Below, in pieces: positions 48,652 through 59,201 of a stretch of DNA of 64,000 nt (position 1 is the first letter of the stretch; each line of letters opens with the position of its first letter). The stretch is taken from assembly GCF_028368995.1 (NCBI RefSeq), contig NZ_JAQNDL010000005.1:656619-720618 (forward strand). Direction: 5' to 3'. The stretch is from Nannocystis bainbridge. GTDB lineage: Bacteria > Myxococcota_A > Polyangia > Nannocystales > Nannocystaceae. The position numbers and the translations under genes were made by a program. The notes beneath the pieces are model-generated. The model saw only the letters and a program-made list of their open reading frames with translations, was not told the DNA's origin and ran no database searches.

Positions 48652-51600
48652 TCAGCGGGCCTTGCGGCGGACGCCGTCCTGCATGCAGGTCAGCAGCGCC
48701 TCGCGCAGGGTCGAGAGCGTGGCGATCCGGCCGAGCTCGACGCCGAGCGAGATGATCGACGAGGCGACGTCCGGGCGCACGCCGACGATGATCCCGCGGG
48801 CCCCGAGCAGCTGGACCGCGCGGACCAGGCCGAGGATGTGGTGGGCGGTGCCGGTGTCGACGACCTCGACGCCGGTGAGGTCGATGATGGCGAAGCGGGC
48901 GCGCAGGCGGCCGATCGCGTCGAGCAGCAGCTCCTGCATCCGCATCGCCTGCCCGGCGTCGATCGTGCCGAACAGCGGCATCAGCACCACGCCCTCCCAC
49001 ACCTCGATGATCGGCGTCGACAGCTGACGGATCGCCTCCTGCTGGGCGGCGATGATCTCGAGCTTGTCGCGCAGGCTGGCCTCGATGCGCTTGCGGGCGG
49101 TGGCGTCGAAGAAGAACCCGCGGCGCAGCGGCGAGTCGGCGCGGGCCTTGTGGGCGGCGCGGATGCTGTGCACCCACAGCTCCTCGCCGTCCTCGGCGCG
49201 CACGCGGAACTCGAGCTCGCGCCCTTCGCCGCCGGTGCTCGCCAGGTGCAGCGCCAGCGCCTCGCGGTCGCCCGCGTGGGTGATGCCGGCCAAAAACCCG
49301 GGGTCGCCGGTGAAGCGCTCGCTGGCGTGGCCGAGCAGCCCGGCCACCTGCGGGCCCACGTAGGTGAGGCGGCCGGCGGCGACGTCGACCTCCCACGGGA
49401 TCGCGCCGGCGCTCTCGACCAGCTGGCGCAGGCGGTCCTCGCTCTCGCGCAGGCCCTGCTCGACCAGCTTGCGCTCGCGGTTCTCGCGGGCCAGGTCGCC
49501 GTACAGCGACGACACCGCCAGCGAGATGGCCGCCTGCGACAGCAGCAGCTCGAGCACCGCCGTGCGCTGCGGGGTGAAGGCGCCGCTCATCCAGTTGTTC
49601 TCGAGGTAGAGCACGCCGACCAGCCCGCCCGAGCGCACGATCGGCACGCACAGCACGCTGCGCACCTGGCCGGCCGCGAGGTGCGGGTCGGCGGCGAACA
49701 GCGGGCTGCTGCGGGCGTCGGTCAGCAGCACCTGCTCGCGGGTGCGGCGGACGTACTGCACGATCGACAGCGCCAGCGCGTCGCCGCCGGCCTGCGGGCG
49801 CGCGGCCGGCAGCGCGACCTCGACGCCCTGATCGCCGGTGCGGGCGCTGGCGGCGACCACCAGCCGCTCGCGCTCGAGCAGCAGCAGGTGGCCGGTCTGG
49901 GCCCCGGCGTGCTCGAGCACGATGTGCATCAAGCTGCTCATCAGCTTGTCCTGCATCAGCTCGCCCGACAGCGCCTGCGTGGCCTTGACGACCGCGAGCG
50001 CGTCGACCGACAGCCACTGCGAGCCGGGCGGCGTCATCGGCCCCAGCTCGGGCACGCGCGTGGCGAGCTGGGTCAGCTTGGCCGTCGCGCCCCAGCGGGC
50101 GTAGAGGCTGCGCGCGCGCTCGAAGTAGGCGACCGCGGCGACGCCGAGGCCGAGCGCGCGGGCCAGCTCGCCGGCGCGCTCGCAAGCCATCGCCTCGACG
50201 GCGAGGAACGAGTCCTGCGCGGCCGCGCGGGCGGCCGCCTCGAGCCGCGGCAGGGCGTCGGCCGAGCGACCCTCGAGGCGCAGCAGCTCGGCCCCCAGCA
50301 GCTCGGCGCGGGCGCGGAAGTTGGCCGGGCAGCGGGCCGCGAGCCGCTCGCTCAGGGCCGCCTGCACGCGCACGCGCTCGAGCATCTCGGCCCGCCGCGC
50401 CGGCTCGCGGTCGGCCACCGCGGCGGCCACGAGGGCGCAGTAGAAGTCGCCGTCGGCGCCGAGGAAGGTGCCGAGCAGGCCGTTGCCCTTGGTCGCGGCG
50501 AACCGCTCGGCGGCCTGCAGCGCGCCGGGCAGGTCGCCGAGCAGGTAGAGCCGCTGCATGCGCAAGAAGTGGTGGGTACCGAGCGCGGAGCCGGCGATCT
50601 TGGGCCCGGGTTCGACCGCGTCGTCGGCGTCGACCCGGGCGCCGCGCAGCCGCGGCAGCTGGGCCAGCACGACCTCGACGGTCATGACCGCGATCTCGTG
50701 CTGCATCTGCACGTAGCTGCTGCGGTGGCGGGCCCACTGCTCCTCGACCTGGGCCAGCGCGTCGCCGCGGCACAGCAGCAGCGTGTCCTGGCCGAGCAGC
50801 GCGAACGCGCCGTAGGCCGAGAGGTCGCCGGCCTCGACGCCGGCCTGCTGCCCGGCGCGCAGGTGGGCCAGGATCTGCGGCAGCGGCTCGTGCCACGGGC
50901 CGGTGAACCAGCCGTAGATCGTGCGCACCTTGGCGTGCACGCCGGCGTCGGCGATGTGGTCGAGCCGGCGCAGGGTCATGCGCGCGATCCGCCCCGAGAG
51001 GTCGTGCTCGCCGAGCACGGTGACCAGCAGCAGCGCGAACGAGGCGTAACCGACCACCGAGTCGCGCGTCTCGCCGTGGACCAGCGACAGCTCGACGAGG
51101 CGGAGGATGATGATCGAGAACAGGACGATGTCGAGGTAGAAGCTCGACGGCAGCAGGCTGACCAGCACCTGCGCGGCGACCTTGCGCGCCGGGTCGGCGA
51201 CCGAGGTCGCGTGCTCGAGCGCCTCGATGTCGAGCACCGAGAAGCGGGCCACCGCGACCTCGATCATCGGTCCGAACGCGGCCAGGCGCGCCTCGGCGGT
51301 GGCCGGGATGTCGACGCCGAGCTCGCGCAGGGCCTTTTGCCCGACGTCGAGGCTCTCCTGCATGCGGCCGACCGAGTAGAACAGGCTGATCTGCAGCGTG
51401 AAGATCTCGGCCCGCTCGAGCGGCCCGCGGGCGCGCGACAGCGCCGCGGCGAACAGCTGCTCGGCCGCCTCGTTCTCGTTGCAGAGATAGGCGCACTCCG
51501 ACAGGTCGCGGTGGAGATCGAAGGTCAGCTGGAAGTGCGCGTCCCAGGTGTCGGCGGGCAAGAGGCCGAGCGCGGCCCGCAGGTACACGAGCGCCGAGGC

Positions 51601-53595
51601 GTAGGCGTTGGCCTGCTTGGCCCGCCGCCCGGCCTGCAGGTCGAGGCGCGCGAGGTCGAAGCGGGCCTGCGGATCGTCGATCAGCGCGGCCGCGGCGTTG
51701 AGGTGATTGACGACCGCGAACAGCCGCTCGGGCGCGACGTCGCTGCCGGGCGGGCCGCGCAGCTCGCGACCGATGCGCAGGTGCACGCCGGCCCGCTCGG
51801 CCTCGGGCGTGAGGCTGTAGGCGGCCTGCTGCACGCGATCGTGGGTGAACTTGAGCTGGCCGCCGCGCGCGACCACCAGCGCGTCGGTCAGCGCCGGCGC
51901 GAGGTCGGCCATCACCGCCGCCTCGTCGCGGCCCAGCAGCGCCGCCAGGGTCGTCGGCGCGATCTCGGCGCCGGCGCAGGCGAGCAGGCTGAGGGCCCGC
52001 TGGGTCGCCGCCGGCAGCCCGCGCAGCCGCTCGAGCATCAAGGCGACGATGTTGTCGGTGTAGCCCTGGGTCTCGATCGCCGCGAGGTCCCAGCGCCACA
52101 CGCCGGCCTCGGGGTCGAGGTAGAGCAGGCCCTCGGCCGCCAGCATGGTCAAGAACTGGCCGACGAAGAACGGGTTGCCGGCGGTCTTGGCGTGCAGCAG
52201 CCCGGCCAGCTGATCGGCCGCCTCGGGGCCGCAGCGCAGGGTGTCGGCCAGCAGCGTGGCCACGTGCTGCGCCGGCAACGGCGCGACCACGAGGTCCGAC
52301 ACGCGCACCCCGGCGCTCTGGATCTCGAGCAGCGCGGCGGTCCACGGGTGGGTCGGATCGATCTCGCCGTCGCGATAGGCGCACACGACCAGCACGTGCT
52401 GGACGTCGGGGTGGGTGAGGATGTGCTGCAGCAGGCGGATGCTGGCGGTGTCGGCCCACTGCAGGTCGTCGAGGAACAGGATCAGCGGGTGGTCGGGCTG
52501 GGCGAACACGCCGATGAACTGGCGCAGGACCCGGTTGAAGCGGTTCTGCGCCTCGAGCAGCGGCTGCGGCGGGACCGGCGGCTGCGGCCCGATCACGAGC
52601 TCGAGCTGCGGGATGATGTCGACGACCAACTGCCCGAGGTTGCCGAGCTCGGCCTGCAGGCGCTGGCGCCAGCTGGCCAGGTGCTCCTCGCTGGCGGCCA
52701 GCAGCTGGCGGGCCAGCTCGCCGAACGCCTTGACGAGGGTGGCGTACGGGATGTCGCGGTCGTACTGATCGAACTTGCCGGCCACGAACATGCCGGGCTG
52801 GGCGGCGTGGCGTCGCTCGAGCGCGTCGACCAGCGCCGACTTGCCGATGCCCGAGGGCCCGCGCACCAGCGCCAGCTCGGGCGCGCCGCGCTGGGCCACC
52901 CGCTCGCGCGCCCCCTCGAGCGCCTGCAGCTCGGCGTCGCGGCCGTAGAGGCGCTGGGAGATCCGCAGCTGCTCGGGCACGTCGCGCTGGCCGAGCGGGA
53001 ACCGCTGCTCGCCGTCACCGCGGGCCGCCGCGGCCAGCCAGCGCTCGAGGTCGGCGATCAGGCCCGCCGCGCTCTGGTAGCGCTCGTCGGCGGCCTTGGC
53101 CAGCAGCTTGAGGGCGATGTCCGCCAGCGGCGCCGGCACGTCCGGGCGCAGCTCGGCCGGCGCGCGTGGGGCCTGAGCCACGTGGGCGTGCGTCCATCCG
53201 AGCAGATCGACGGCGGTGAACGGCGGCGCGCCGGTCAGCAGGTGGTAGAGCAGCGCGCCGAGCGAATAGAGGTCGGAGCGGTGATCGGCGGCGTGCAGCG
53301 TCGGCTGCAGCAGCTCGGGCGCGGCGTAAGCGAGCTCGTCGGGCCGGTGCGCGGCCAGCCAGTCGGCGCCCTCGTCCGCGCCGTCGAGCCCGACCACGTC
53401 GTCGCCGACCAGCCGGATCCACCGCGGCGCGAGGTGGCGGTGGGCGTGGCCCTGGCGGTGCATGGCGTGCACCGCGGCGGTCAGGTTACGGAGCAGGACG
53501 GCAGAGCGCTCCGGGGCGAGCGGGCGAGCGACGAGCTCCTGCAGGGTCGTGGACAAGGACAATCCTTTCACGGGGGCGAACGCGGCCGCGATCAT
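48652..53595 (-). CDS. Multidomain sensor: degenerate kinase C-lobe + AAA ATPase + helical repeats + GAF + PAS + STAS (RsbR-like)
   Basis: 'YAAPE...DHRSDLYSLG', Walker A 'GPSGIGKS', Walker B 'LFLDDLQWAD', GAF 'SVLCVPI...GVLYLENN', PAS 'IPWEVD', STAS 'LSTPIIEVWEGV...IIDLTGVEVVDT'. Confidence 0.9.
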   Translation of the reverse strand: MIAAAFAPVKGLSLSTTLQELVARPLAPERSAVLLRNLTAAVHAMHRQGHAHRHLAPRWIRLVGDDVVGLDGADEGADWLAAHRPDELAYAAPELLQPTLHAADHRSDLYSLGALLYHLLTGAPPFTAVDLLGWTHAHVAQAPRAPAELRPDVPAPLADIALKLLAKAADERYQSAAGLIADLERWLAAAARGDGEQRFPLGQRDVPEQLRISQRLYGRDAELQALEGARERVAQRGAPELALVRGPSGIGKSALVDALERRHAAQPGMFVAGKFDQYDRDIPYATLVKAFGELARQLLAASEEHLASWRQRLQAELGNLGQLVVDIIPQLELVIGPQPPVPPQPLLEAQNRFNRVLRQFIGVFAQPDHPLILFLDDLQWADTASIRLLQHILTHPDVQHVLVVCAYRDGEIDPTHPWTAALLEIQSAGVRVSDLVVAPLPAQHVATLLADTLRCGPEAADQLAGLLHAKTAGNPFFVGQFLTMLAAEGLLYLDPEAGVWRWDLAAIETQGYTDNIVALMLERLRGLPAATQRALSLLACAGAEIAPTTLAALLGRDEAAVMADLAPALTDALVVARGGQLKFTHDRVQQAAYSLTPEAERAGVHLRIGRELRGPPGSDVAPERLFAVVNHLNAAAALIDDPQARFDLARLDLQAGRRAKQANAYASALVYLRAALGLLPADTWDAHFQLTFDLHRDLSECAYLCNENEAAEQLFAAALSRARGPLERAEIFTLQISLFYSVGRMQESLDVGQKALRELGVDIPATAEARLAAFGPMIEVAVARFSVLDIEALEHATSVADPARKVAAQVLVSLLPSSFYLDIVLFSIIILRLVELSLVHGETRDSVVGYASFALLLVTVLGEHDLSGRIARMTLRRLDHIADAGVHAKVRTIYGWFTGPWHEPLPQILAHLRAGQQAGVEAGDLSAYGAFALLGQDTLLLCRGDALAQVEEQWARHRSSYVQMQHEIAVMTVEVVLAQLPRLRGARVDADDAVEPGPKIAGSALGTHHFLRMQRLYLLGDLPGALQAAERFAATKGNGLLGTFLGADGDFYCALVAAAVADREPARRAEMLERVRVQAALSERLAARCPANFRARAELLGAELLRLEGRSADALPRLEAAARAAAQDSFLAVEAMACERAGELARALGLGVAAVAYFERARSLYARWGATAKLTQLATRVPELGPMTPPGSQWLSVDALAVVKATQALSGELMQDKLMSSLMHIVLEHAGAQTGHLLLLERERLVVAASARTGDQGVEVALPAARPQAGGDALALSIVQYVRRTREQVLLTDARSSPLFAADPHLAAGQVRSVLCVPIVRSGGLVGVLYLENNWMSGAFTPQRTAVLELLLSQAAISLAVSSLYGDLARENRERKLVEQGLRESEDRLRQLVESAGAIPWEVDVAAGRLTYVGPQVAGLLGHASERFTGDPGFLAGITHAGDREALALHLASTGGEGRELEFRVRAEDGEELWVHSIRAAHKARADSPLRRGFFFDATARKRIEASLRDKLEIIAAQQEAIRQLSTPIIEVWEGVVLMPLFGTIDAGQAMRMQELLLDAIGRLRARFAIIDLTGVEVVDTGTAHHILGLVRAVQLLGARGIIVGVRPDVASSIISLGVELGRIATLSTLREALLTCMQDGVRRKAR

Positions 53596-53990
53596 CGAAC
53601 AATTGCGGCGAGTCCGACAAGGGCCTCGCGGGCGCAAGAGCGCTCGGTCGTCACGAAATCGACGACGACGCGAGGCCGATGCGGCGAGCGCCGCTCGTGC
53701 GAGGATGTGTGCCTCGCCGCCGCGTGCTCGCGGCCCGCGACATTAAAGACGTGAATGCCCACACACCGGGGCCCGACCGGTGTTCGGCAGCCCCCGCTTC
53801 CAGCGGCGCCGGGCGTCGATTTCAGCAGTGACGGATCGCTCGCGCGTCGATCGCTCGCTCCAATGGCGCTCGCGCGGGCCGCGAGCGAGCGGCGAGCGAG
53901 CGAACCCTCGACGACGCCCGCGCCGCAGCGATCGCAGCGGCCGCGCGGCGCCTCACAGTGACCGCGGCGATCGGCGCCCCGTCCGCCGGC

Positions 53991-54521
53991 TCACTCGCCG
54001 GCGCCGCTCGCCGGCTCGCTCGTGTCGTCGCCGCGCAGCGCCACCGACTCGCCGGCGATGGTGGCCCCGCCCTCGAGGCACAGCATGCGCACGCGGCCGC
54101 TGGCGACCGGGCGCCCGTCGTCGTCGCGGATCTCGACGCCCCACACCTGCGTGCGCCGGCCGCGGCTCAGCGGGGTCGCGCGGGCCCGCAGCGTGCCGCC
54201 GCGGGTGCCGTGGAGGAACGAGGTCGCGTTCTCGAGGCCGACAGTCGCCTGCCCGCGCGCCATCGCCGACATCGCAGCGCCCGCGCTCGCCAGCGACTCG
54301 ACGATCGTCGCGTACACGCCCCCGTGGACCAGGCCGTACGGCTGCAGCAGCTGCGGCGTAACGGGCACCTCGGCCTCGACCGCGTCGGCGCTGACCGCCG
54401 TGTAGGCCAGGCCGATCAGGCGGTCGAACGCGCTGCGGTGGTCGTTGAAGATCGCCAGGACCGCGGCCGGATCGCTCCGTGCCGCGACCAGCGCTGCCAG
54501 GGCCCGGCCGGCGTCGGTCAT
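53991..54521 (-). CDS. PaaI-family thioesterase
   Basis: 'LLQPYGLVHGGVYATIVES', 'VGLEN', 'RGRRTQVW'. Confidence 0.9.
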   Translation of the reverse strand: MTDAGRALAALVAARSDPAAVLAIFNDHRSAFDRLIGLAYTAVSADAVEAEVPVTPQLLQPYGLVHGGVYATIVESLASAGAAMSAMARGQATVGLENATSFLHGTRGGTLRARATPLSRGRRTQVWGVEIRDDDGRPVASGRVRMLCLEGGATIAGESVALRGDDTSEPASGAGE

Positions 54522-54597
54522 CCCCGCCACCCTACGCGCAGGGCCGGGCGCCGGCAAGGCCCCGGCGCGGTCCGCGTTCATTCCGCGGATCGGGCGC

Positions 54598-54685
54598 CAT
54601 GTCCTCGGAGACATGCCCCCATGAACATGCTCGAACAGACATGCTCTTTCGAACATGCTCACGCAGACATGCCCCTGCGGACATG
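54598..54685. repeat. 14-bp-period CATG array (7 CATG)
   Basis: CATG at 54598, 54612, 54626, 54640, 54654, 54668, 54682; mirrored at ~59985-60072. Confidence 0.92.
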
Positions 54686-54718
54686 CTCGCCAGGCAACCC
54701 CGCGGCGCGAGCGAGCGC

Positions 54719-55468
54719 TCAGCCGCGCGACAGCCCCGGGCGCGGCACGTCGGTGCCGAGGGTCTCGGCGCTGATCGGCGCGCCGATGGCGGCCAGGGCC
54801 TGGCGGTGCTGGGCCGGCGGGACCTTGAGCAGGGCGCGCTCGAACGCCTGCAGGCGGACGAAGCTCGGCAGGGCCCAGGTGCGCGCCGCCAGGCCGGCGA
54901 GGCGGGGCCACCGCTCGGGGTCAGGCTCGACGCGGGCGAGGGCGGCGTTGCGCAGGAAGCTGGCGACGGCGATGTCGGCGATCGACAGCTCGCCGCAGAA
55001 GAACCCGTCCGCGGGCGCCTGCGCCTCGAGGTAGTCGAACACCGGCGGCACGTCCTCGCGGATGGTCCTCTCGATCAGCGCGGTGTCGGGCGGCTGGTTG
55101 AACACGGCCGGGCGCACCACCACCTGGGCGAACAGGCGCCACAGCAGCACCTCGCCCATGCGCGTGTCGGCGAACTCCTCGAGCCAGCGCGCGCGGGCTC
55201 GCAGCGCCGGGGTGCGCGGCAGCAGCGGCGGCGCGGGGTGGACCTCTTCGAGGTACTCGCAGATGACGGTGGAGTCGGTGAGGGTCAGGTCGCCGTCGAC
55301 GAGCACGGGGATCCGCCGCAGCGGGCTGACGGCGGAGAAGCCGTCGCCGCCGAGGAAGGGGATGATCGGGTCGATGGTGTACGCGACGCCCTTGAGGTCG
55401 AGCGCGACCAGGACCTTGCGGACGTAGGGCGAGACGTAATTGCCGACGATGTGGACCGGACCGGGCAC
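54719..55468 (-). CDS. Glutathione S-transferase family protein
   Basis: 'SPYVRKV', 'SPLRRIPVL', 'DSTVICEYLEE', 'LSIADIAV'. Confidence 0.92.
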   Translation of the reverse strand: MPGPVHIVGNYVSPYVRKVLVALDLKGVAYTIDPIIPFLGGDGFSAVSPLRRIPVLVDGDLTLTDSTVICEYLEEVHPAPPLLPRTPALRARARWLEEFADTRMGEVLLWRLFAQVVVRPAVFNQPPDTALIERTIREDVPPVFDYLEAQAPADGFFCGELSIADIAVASFLRNAALARVEPDPERWPRLAGLAARTWALPSFVRLQAFERALLKVPPAQHRQALAAIGAPISAETLGTDVPRPGLSRG

Positions 55469-55843
55469 CGGCCGACCAGACCACCGGGGCGCGGAGCTGT
55501 CAACGTCGGCCGGCGCGGGTACCTGTCCTGCGGGACAGATCGCAAGCGCCCGGCGCCTGGCGGCCCGCGCCGGCGTGGCAACCGGCAGCTTCGGCGTGAA
55601 AGCGCCAGTGGGTCGGCTCACGCGAGCGGCGCGCCCGCGACCGGGCGGCATCGGGGACGATGGGCCCGTGACCGCGAGCGACCCCCACCCTCCCACGTCG
55701 GCCCAGCTGCGCGCCGCGCTCGCCAGCCTGCAGACCGCCGAGCGCGTAGCGGGGGTTCATGCTCCGGAGTGTCGCAACGCCTCGAGACGGTGCGCGCCGT
55801 CCCGTCTCGGTCGCGCGAGGGCCCGCCCGCGTGCTCGACACAT

Positions 55844-55903
55844 CATGTTCTATCGGACATGTCTTCAAGACCATGCCCTCTCGAACATGTTCTCCTCGCC
55901 ATG
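55844..55903. repeat. 14-bp-period CATG array (5 CATG)
   Basis: CATG at 55844, 55858, 55872, 55886, 55900; mirrored at ~58767-58826. Confidence 0.9.
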
Positions 55904-55966
55904 AAGCTCTCGACGCGCTCGCGGGTCGCCCCGTCCTGAACAGCGCCGGCTCGACGCCCCCCCGGC

Positions 55967-56467
55967 TCAGCGCCGCCGCCGGCGCAGCAGCGCGAAGCCC
56001 AGCACCAGCCAGCCGGCACCGAGCCCCGCCTCGTCGATCGCGCACGAGCTCGTCGCCGGCTTCGGCGCCTCGGTCGCGGTCTTCGCGGGCTCGCTCTTGC
56101 CGCTCACGGGCGCGGGCGCAGGCGCAGGCGCGGACGTCGCCGTCTTGCCGTCCGGCGACCAGCTCCCGGTCGCGCCCGGCGGACAGTACAGCTCCCTGCC
56201 GCTGTAGTTGCCGCCGTCGCGGCAGCGCTGCTGCAGCCCCTTGGCGGCGACGCTCGCCCTGCACTCCTCGCCGACGTGCTTCCACTCGGCCTCCGGCTGC
56301 CCCGGCATGAACGCGTAGTCGCAGAACTCGCCGGCGGGGCACTGTTCGGCCAGCGTGCAGTGGGCGTTCGGCGAGTTTGGATCGGGCGGGACATCGGCCC
56401 GCGCGAGCGCCGGGGTGAACGCGAACGCGATGGCCACGAGGGCGGCCCTGAAGCAGCGAATGCTCAT
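55967..56467 (-). CDS. Small Cys-rich secreted protein with MYXO-CTERM-like sorting tail
   Basis: Signal peptide '...ALARA/DV', Cys-rich core, Pro/Ala linker, tail 'SSCAI...WLVLGFALLRRRRR'. Confidence 0.8.
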   Translation of the reverse strand: MSIRCFRAALVAIAFAFTPALARADVPPDPNSPNAHCTLAEQCPAGEFCDYAFMPGQPEAEWKHVGEECRASVAAKGLQQRCRDGGNYSGRELYCPPGATGSWSPDGKTATSAPAPAPAPVSGKSEPAKTATEAPKPATSSCAIDEAGLGAGWLVLGFALLRRRRR

Positions 56468-56676
56468 GCCGGCGATGATAGCGAATTCGCGGCGGCGCGC
56501 GCACGCGCGAGGATGCGCGCCGTGGACGCCCACCGGCCCGACTCATGGCATTCGCAGACCTCACTGCGGGCCGCGCTGGACCTCTCAGCAATTATCGAGA
56601 GCAGGCCGCGTTCACCGCCTGCTGCTCCGCGGGCCCACGCTTCCGCACGACCTCCTGCGTGATAACCTCCCCGATC

Positions 56677-57288
56677 ATGCTGGCGACCGTGCCCTTCTTG
56701 CGCTGGTCCGACGTCGATCCGGCCGGGCACGAGTTCGATCCGGAGCCGGCGCGGCGGATCGTCGCGCGCCACGTCGAGGCTGCCGTCGCCGGGCGCGGGG
56801 CGCACTGGCGGGACACCCCGACGGACGTGCGTGACGCGCTCGTCACCACCTTCGAGCGCGAGTTCGTCGGCGAGTACGGCGCGTGGGCGTCCGGCTGGCA
56901 CTGGGCCGCCAGCGAGCCCGGCGGCGGCGGACCTGTGCGCGGCTGGTGCTGCTCGCGCGACAGCCTGTTTCGCCGCGACGACCCCGACCCGCAGGCGACC
57001 GTCGAGCGCGTCGTCGCGGCGCTGGCCGAATGGCAGCAGTTCCTCGTCGACCGTCGCCGCGACCTTCGCCGACCTGTACCAAGAGACAGCCGAGTTCCCG
57101 CTCGCGGACCAGGTCGAGCGCGCCGCGGCCCGGCTCCTGCCGCTCGTCGTCGAGCGCACCGGCACCGAGGACGCCTGGTACAACACCTTCACCCGCACGC
57201 TGCTGTGGTGCCTCGAATCGTTCGGTCGCGCCGGCTCCGAGGTCGAGCGCGCGGTCGAGGGCGTCGTCGACGGCAGTTCTCGAGCTGG
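56677..57288 (+). pseudogene. Truncated N-terminal part of a probable Fic-family protein (left-arm copy, frameshifted)
   Basis: 'WASGWHW...GGGPVRGWCC..DS...ALAEW' resembles the N-terminal region of actinobacterial Fic-family proteins (from memory). Relative to the mirror copy there is a +1 indel near 57053 and a -1 near 57273. Cut by the fold-back. Confidence 0.5.
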
Positions 57289-57289
57289 G

Positions 57290-57993
57290 GGCGCGCCGGC
57301 CGAGGCCTCGCGCGCCGCTTCGGCGACGGCCAGGCCGAGCTGGGCGCAGGCCTCGCGGGCGGCGTCCTCGTCCGGCGCGCACCAGCTCGAGAACTGCCCG
57401 TCGACGACGCCCTCGACCGCGCGCTCGACCTCGGAGCCGGCGCGACCGAACGATTCGAGGCACCACAGCAGCGTGCGGGTGAAGGTGTTGTACCAGGCGT
57501 CCTCGGTGCCGGTGCGCTCGACGACGAGCGGCAGGAGCCGGGCCGCGGCGCGCTCGACCTGGTCCGCGAGCGGGAACTCGGCTGTCTCTTGGTACAGGTC
57601 GGCGAAGGTCGCGGCGAGGTCGACGAGGAACTGCTGCCATTCGGCCAGCGCCGCGACGACGCGCTCGACGGTCGCCTGCGGGTCGGGGTCGTCGCGGCGA
57701 AACAGGCTGTCGCGCGAGCAGCACCAGCCGCGCACAGGTCCGCCGCCGCCGGGCTCGCTGGCGGCCCAGTGCCAGCCGGACGCCCACGCGCCGTACTCGC
57801 CGACGAACTCGCGCTCGAAGGTGGTGACGAGCGCGTCACGCACGTCCGTCGGGGTGTCCCGCCAGTGCGCCCCGCGCCCGGCGACGGCAGCCTCGACGTG
57901 GCGCGCGACGATCCGCCGCGCCGGCTCCGGATCGAACTCGTGCCCGGCCGGATCGACGTCGGACCAGCGCAAGAAGGGCACGGTCGCCAGCAT
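57290..57993 (-). pseudogene. Mirror copy of the probable Fic-family gene, intact frame up to the fold-back junction
   Basis: Reads 'MLATVPFLRW...RTGTEDAWY...GQFSSWCAPD...EAAREASAGA' and then runs into its own antisense. Confidence 0.5.
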
Positions 57994-58202
57994 GATCGGG
58001 GAGGTTATCACGCAGGAGGTCGTGCGGAAGCGTGGGCCCGCGGAGCAGCAGGCGGTGAACGCGGCCTGCTCTCGATAATTGCTGAGAGGTCCAGCGCGGC
58101 CCGCAGTGAGGTCTGCGAATGCCATGAGTCGGGCCGGTGGGCGTCCACGGCGCGCATCCTCGCGCGTGCGCGCGCCGCCGCGAATTCGCTATCATCGCCG
58201 GC

Positions 58203-58703
58203 ATGAGCATTCGCTGCTTCAGGGCCGCCCTCGTGGCCATCGCGTTCGCGTTCACCCCGGCGCTCGCGCGGGCCGATGTCCCGCCCGATCCAAACTCGCC
58301 GAACGCCCACTGCACGCTGGCCGAACAGTGCCCCGCCGGCGAGTTCTGCGACTACGCGTTCATGCCGGGGCAGCCGGAGGCCGAGTGGAAGCACGTCGGC
58401 GAGGAGTGCAGGGCGAGCGTCGCCGCCAAGGGGCTGCAGCAGCGCTGCCGCGACGGCGGCAACTACAGCGGCAGGGAGCTGTACTGTCCGCCGGGCGCGA
58501 CCGGGAGCTGGTCGCCGGACGGCAAGACGGCGACGTCCGCGCCTGCGCCTGCGCCCGCGCCCGTGAGCGGCAAGAGCGAGCCCGCGAAGACCGCGACCGA
58601 GGCGCCGAAGCCGGCGACGAGCTCGTGCGCGATCGACGAGGCGGGGCTCGGTGCCGGCTGGCTGGTGCTGGGCTTCGCGCTGCTGCGCCGGCGGCGGCGC
58701 TGA
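58203..58703 (+). CDS. Inverted copy of the MYXO-CTERM-like secreted protein
   Basis: Identical translation to 55967-56467. Confidence 0.6.
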   Translation: MSIRCFRAALVAIAFAFTPALARADVPPDPNSPNAHCTLAEQCPAGEFCDYAFMPGQPEAEWKHVGEECRASVAAKGLQQRCRDGGNYSGRELYCPPGATGSWSPDGKTATSAPAPAPAPVSGKSEPAKTATEAPKPATSSCAIDEAGLGAGWLVLGFALLRRRRR

Positions 58704-59201
58704 GCCGGGGGGGCGTCGAGCCGGCGCTGTTCAGGACGGGGCGACCCGCGAGCGCGTCGAGAGCTTCATGGCGAGGAGAACATGTTCGAGAGGGCATGGT
58801 CTTGAAGACATGTCCGATAGAACATGATGTGTCGAGCACGCGGGCGGGCCCTCGCGCGACCGAGACGGGACGGCGCGCACCGTCTCGAGGCGTTGCGACA
58901 CTCCGGAGCATGAACCCCCGCTACGCGCTCGGCGGTCTGCAGGCTGGCGAGCGCGGCGCGCAGCTGGGCCGACGTGGGAGGGTGGGGGTCGCTCGCGGTC
59001 ACGGGCCCATCGTCCCCGATGCCGCCCGGTCGCGGGCGCGCCGCTCGCGTGAGCCGACCCACTGGCGCTTTCACGCCGAAGCTGCCGGTTGCCACGCCGG
59101 CGCGGGCCGCCAGGCGCCGGGCGCTTGCGATCTGTCCCGCAGGACAGGTACCCGCGCCGGCCGACGTTGACAGCTCCGCGCCCCGGTGGTCTGGTCGGCC
59201 G

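Noticed and set aside
57289-57381. Hairpin telomere of a linear replicon
   Set aside because: The centre is an asymmetric ~93-bp spacer in the middle of an ordinary gene, the arms carry chromosomal genes, and no protelomerase is seen.
56464-58206. 553-aa ORFs spanning the inversion centre as real fusion proteins
   Set aside because: They read through the fold-back into their own antisense strand.
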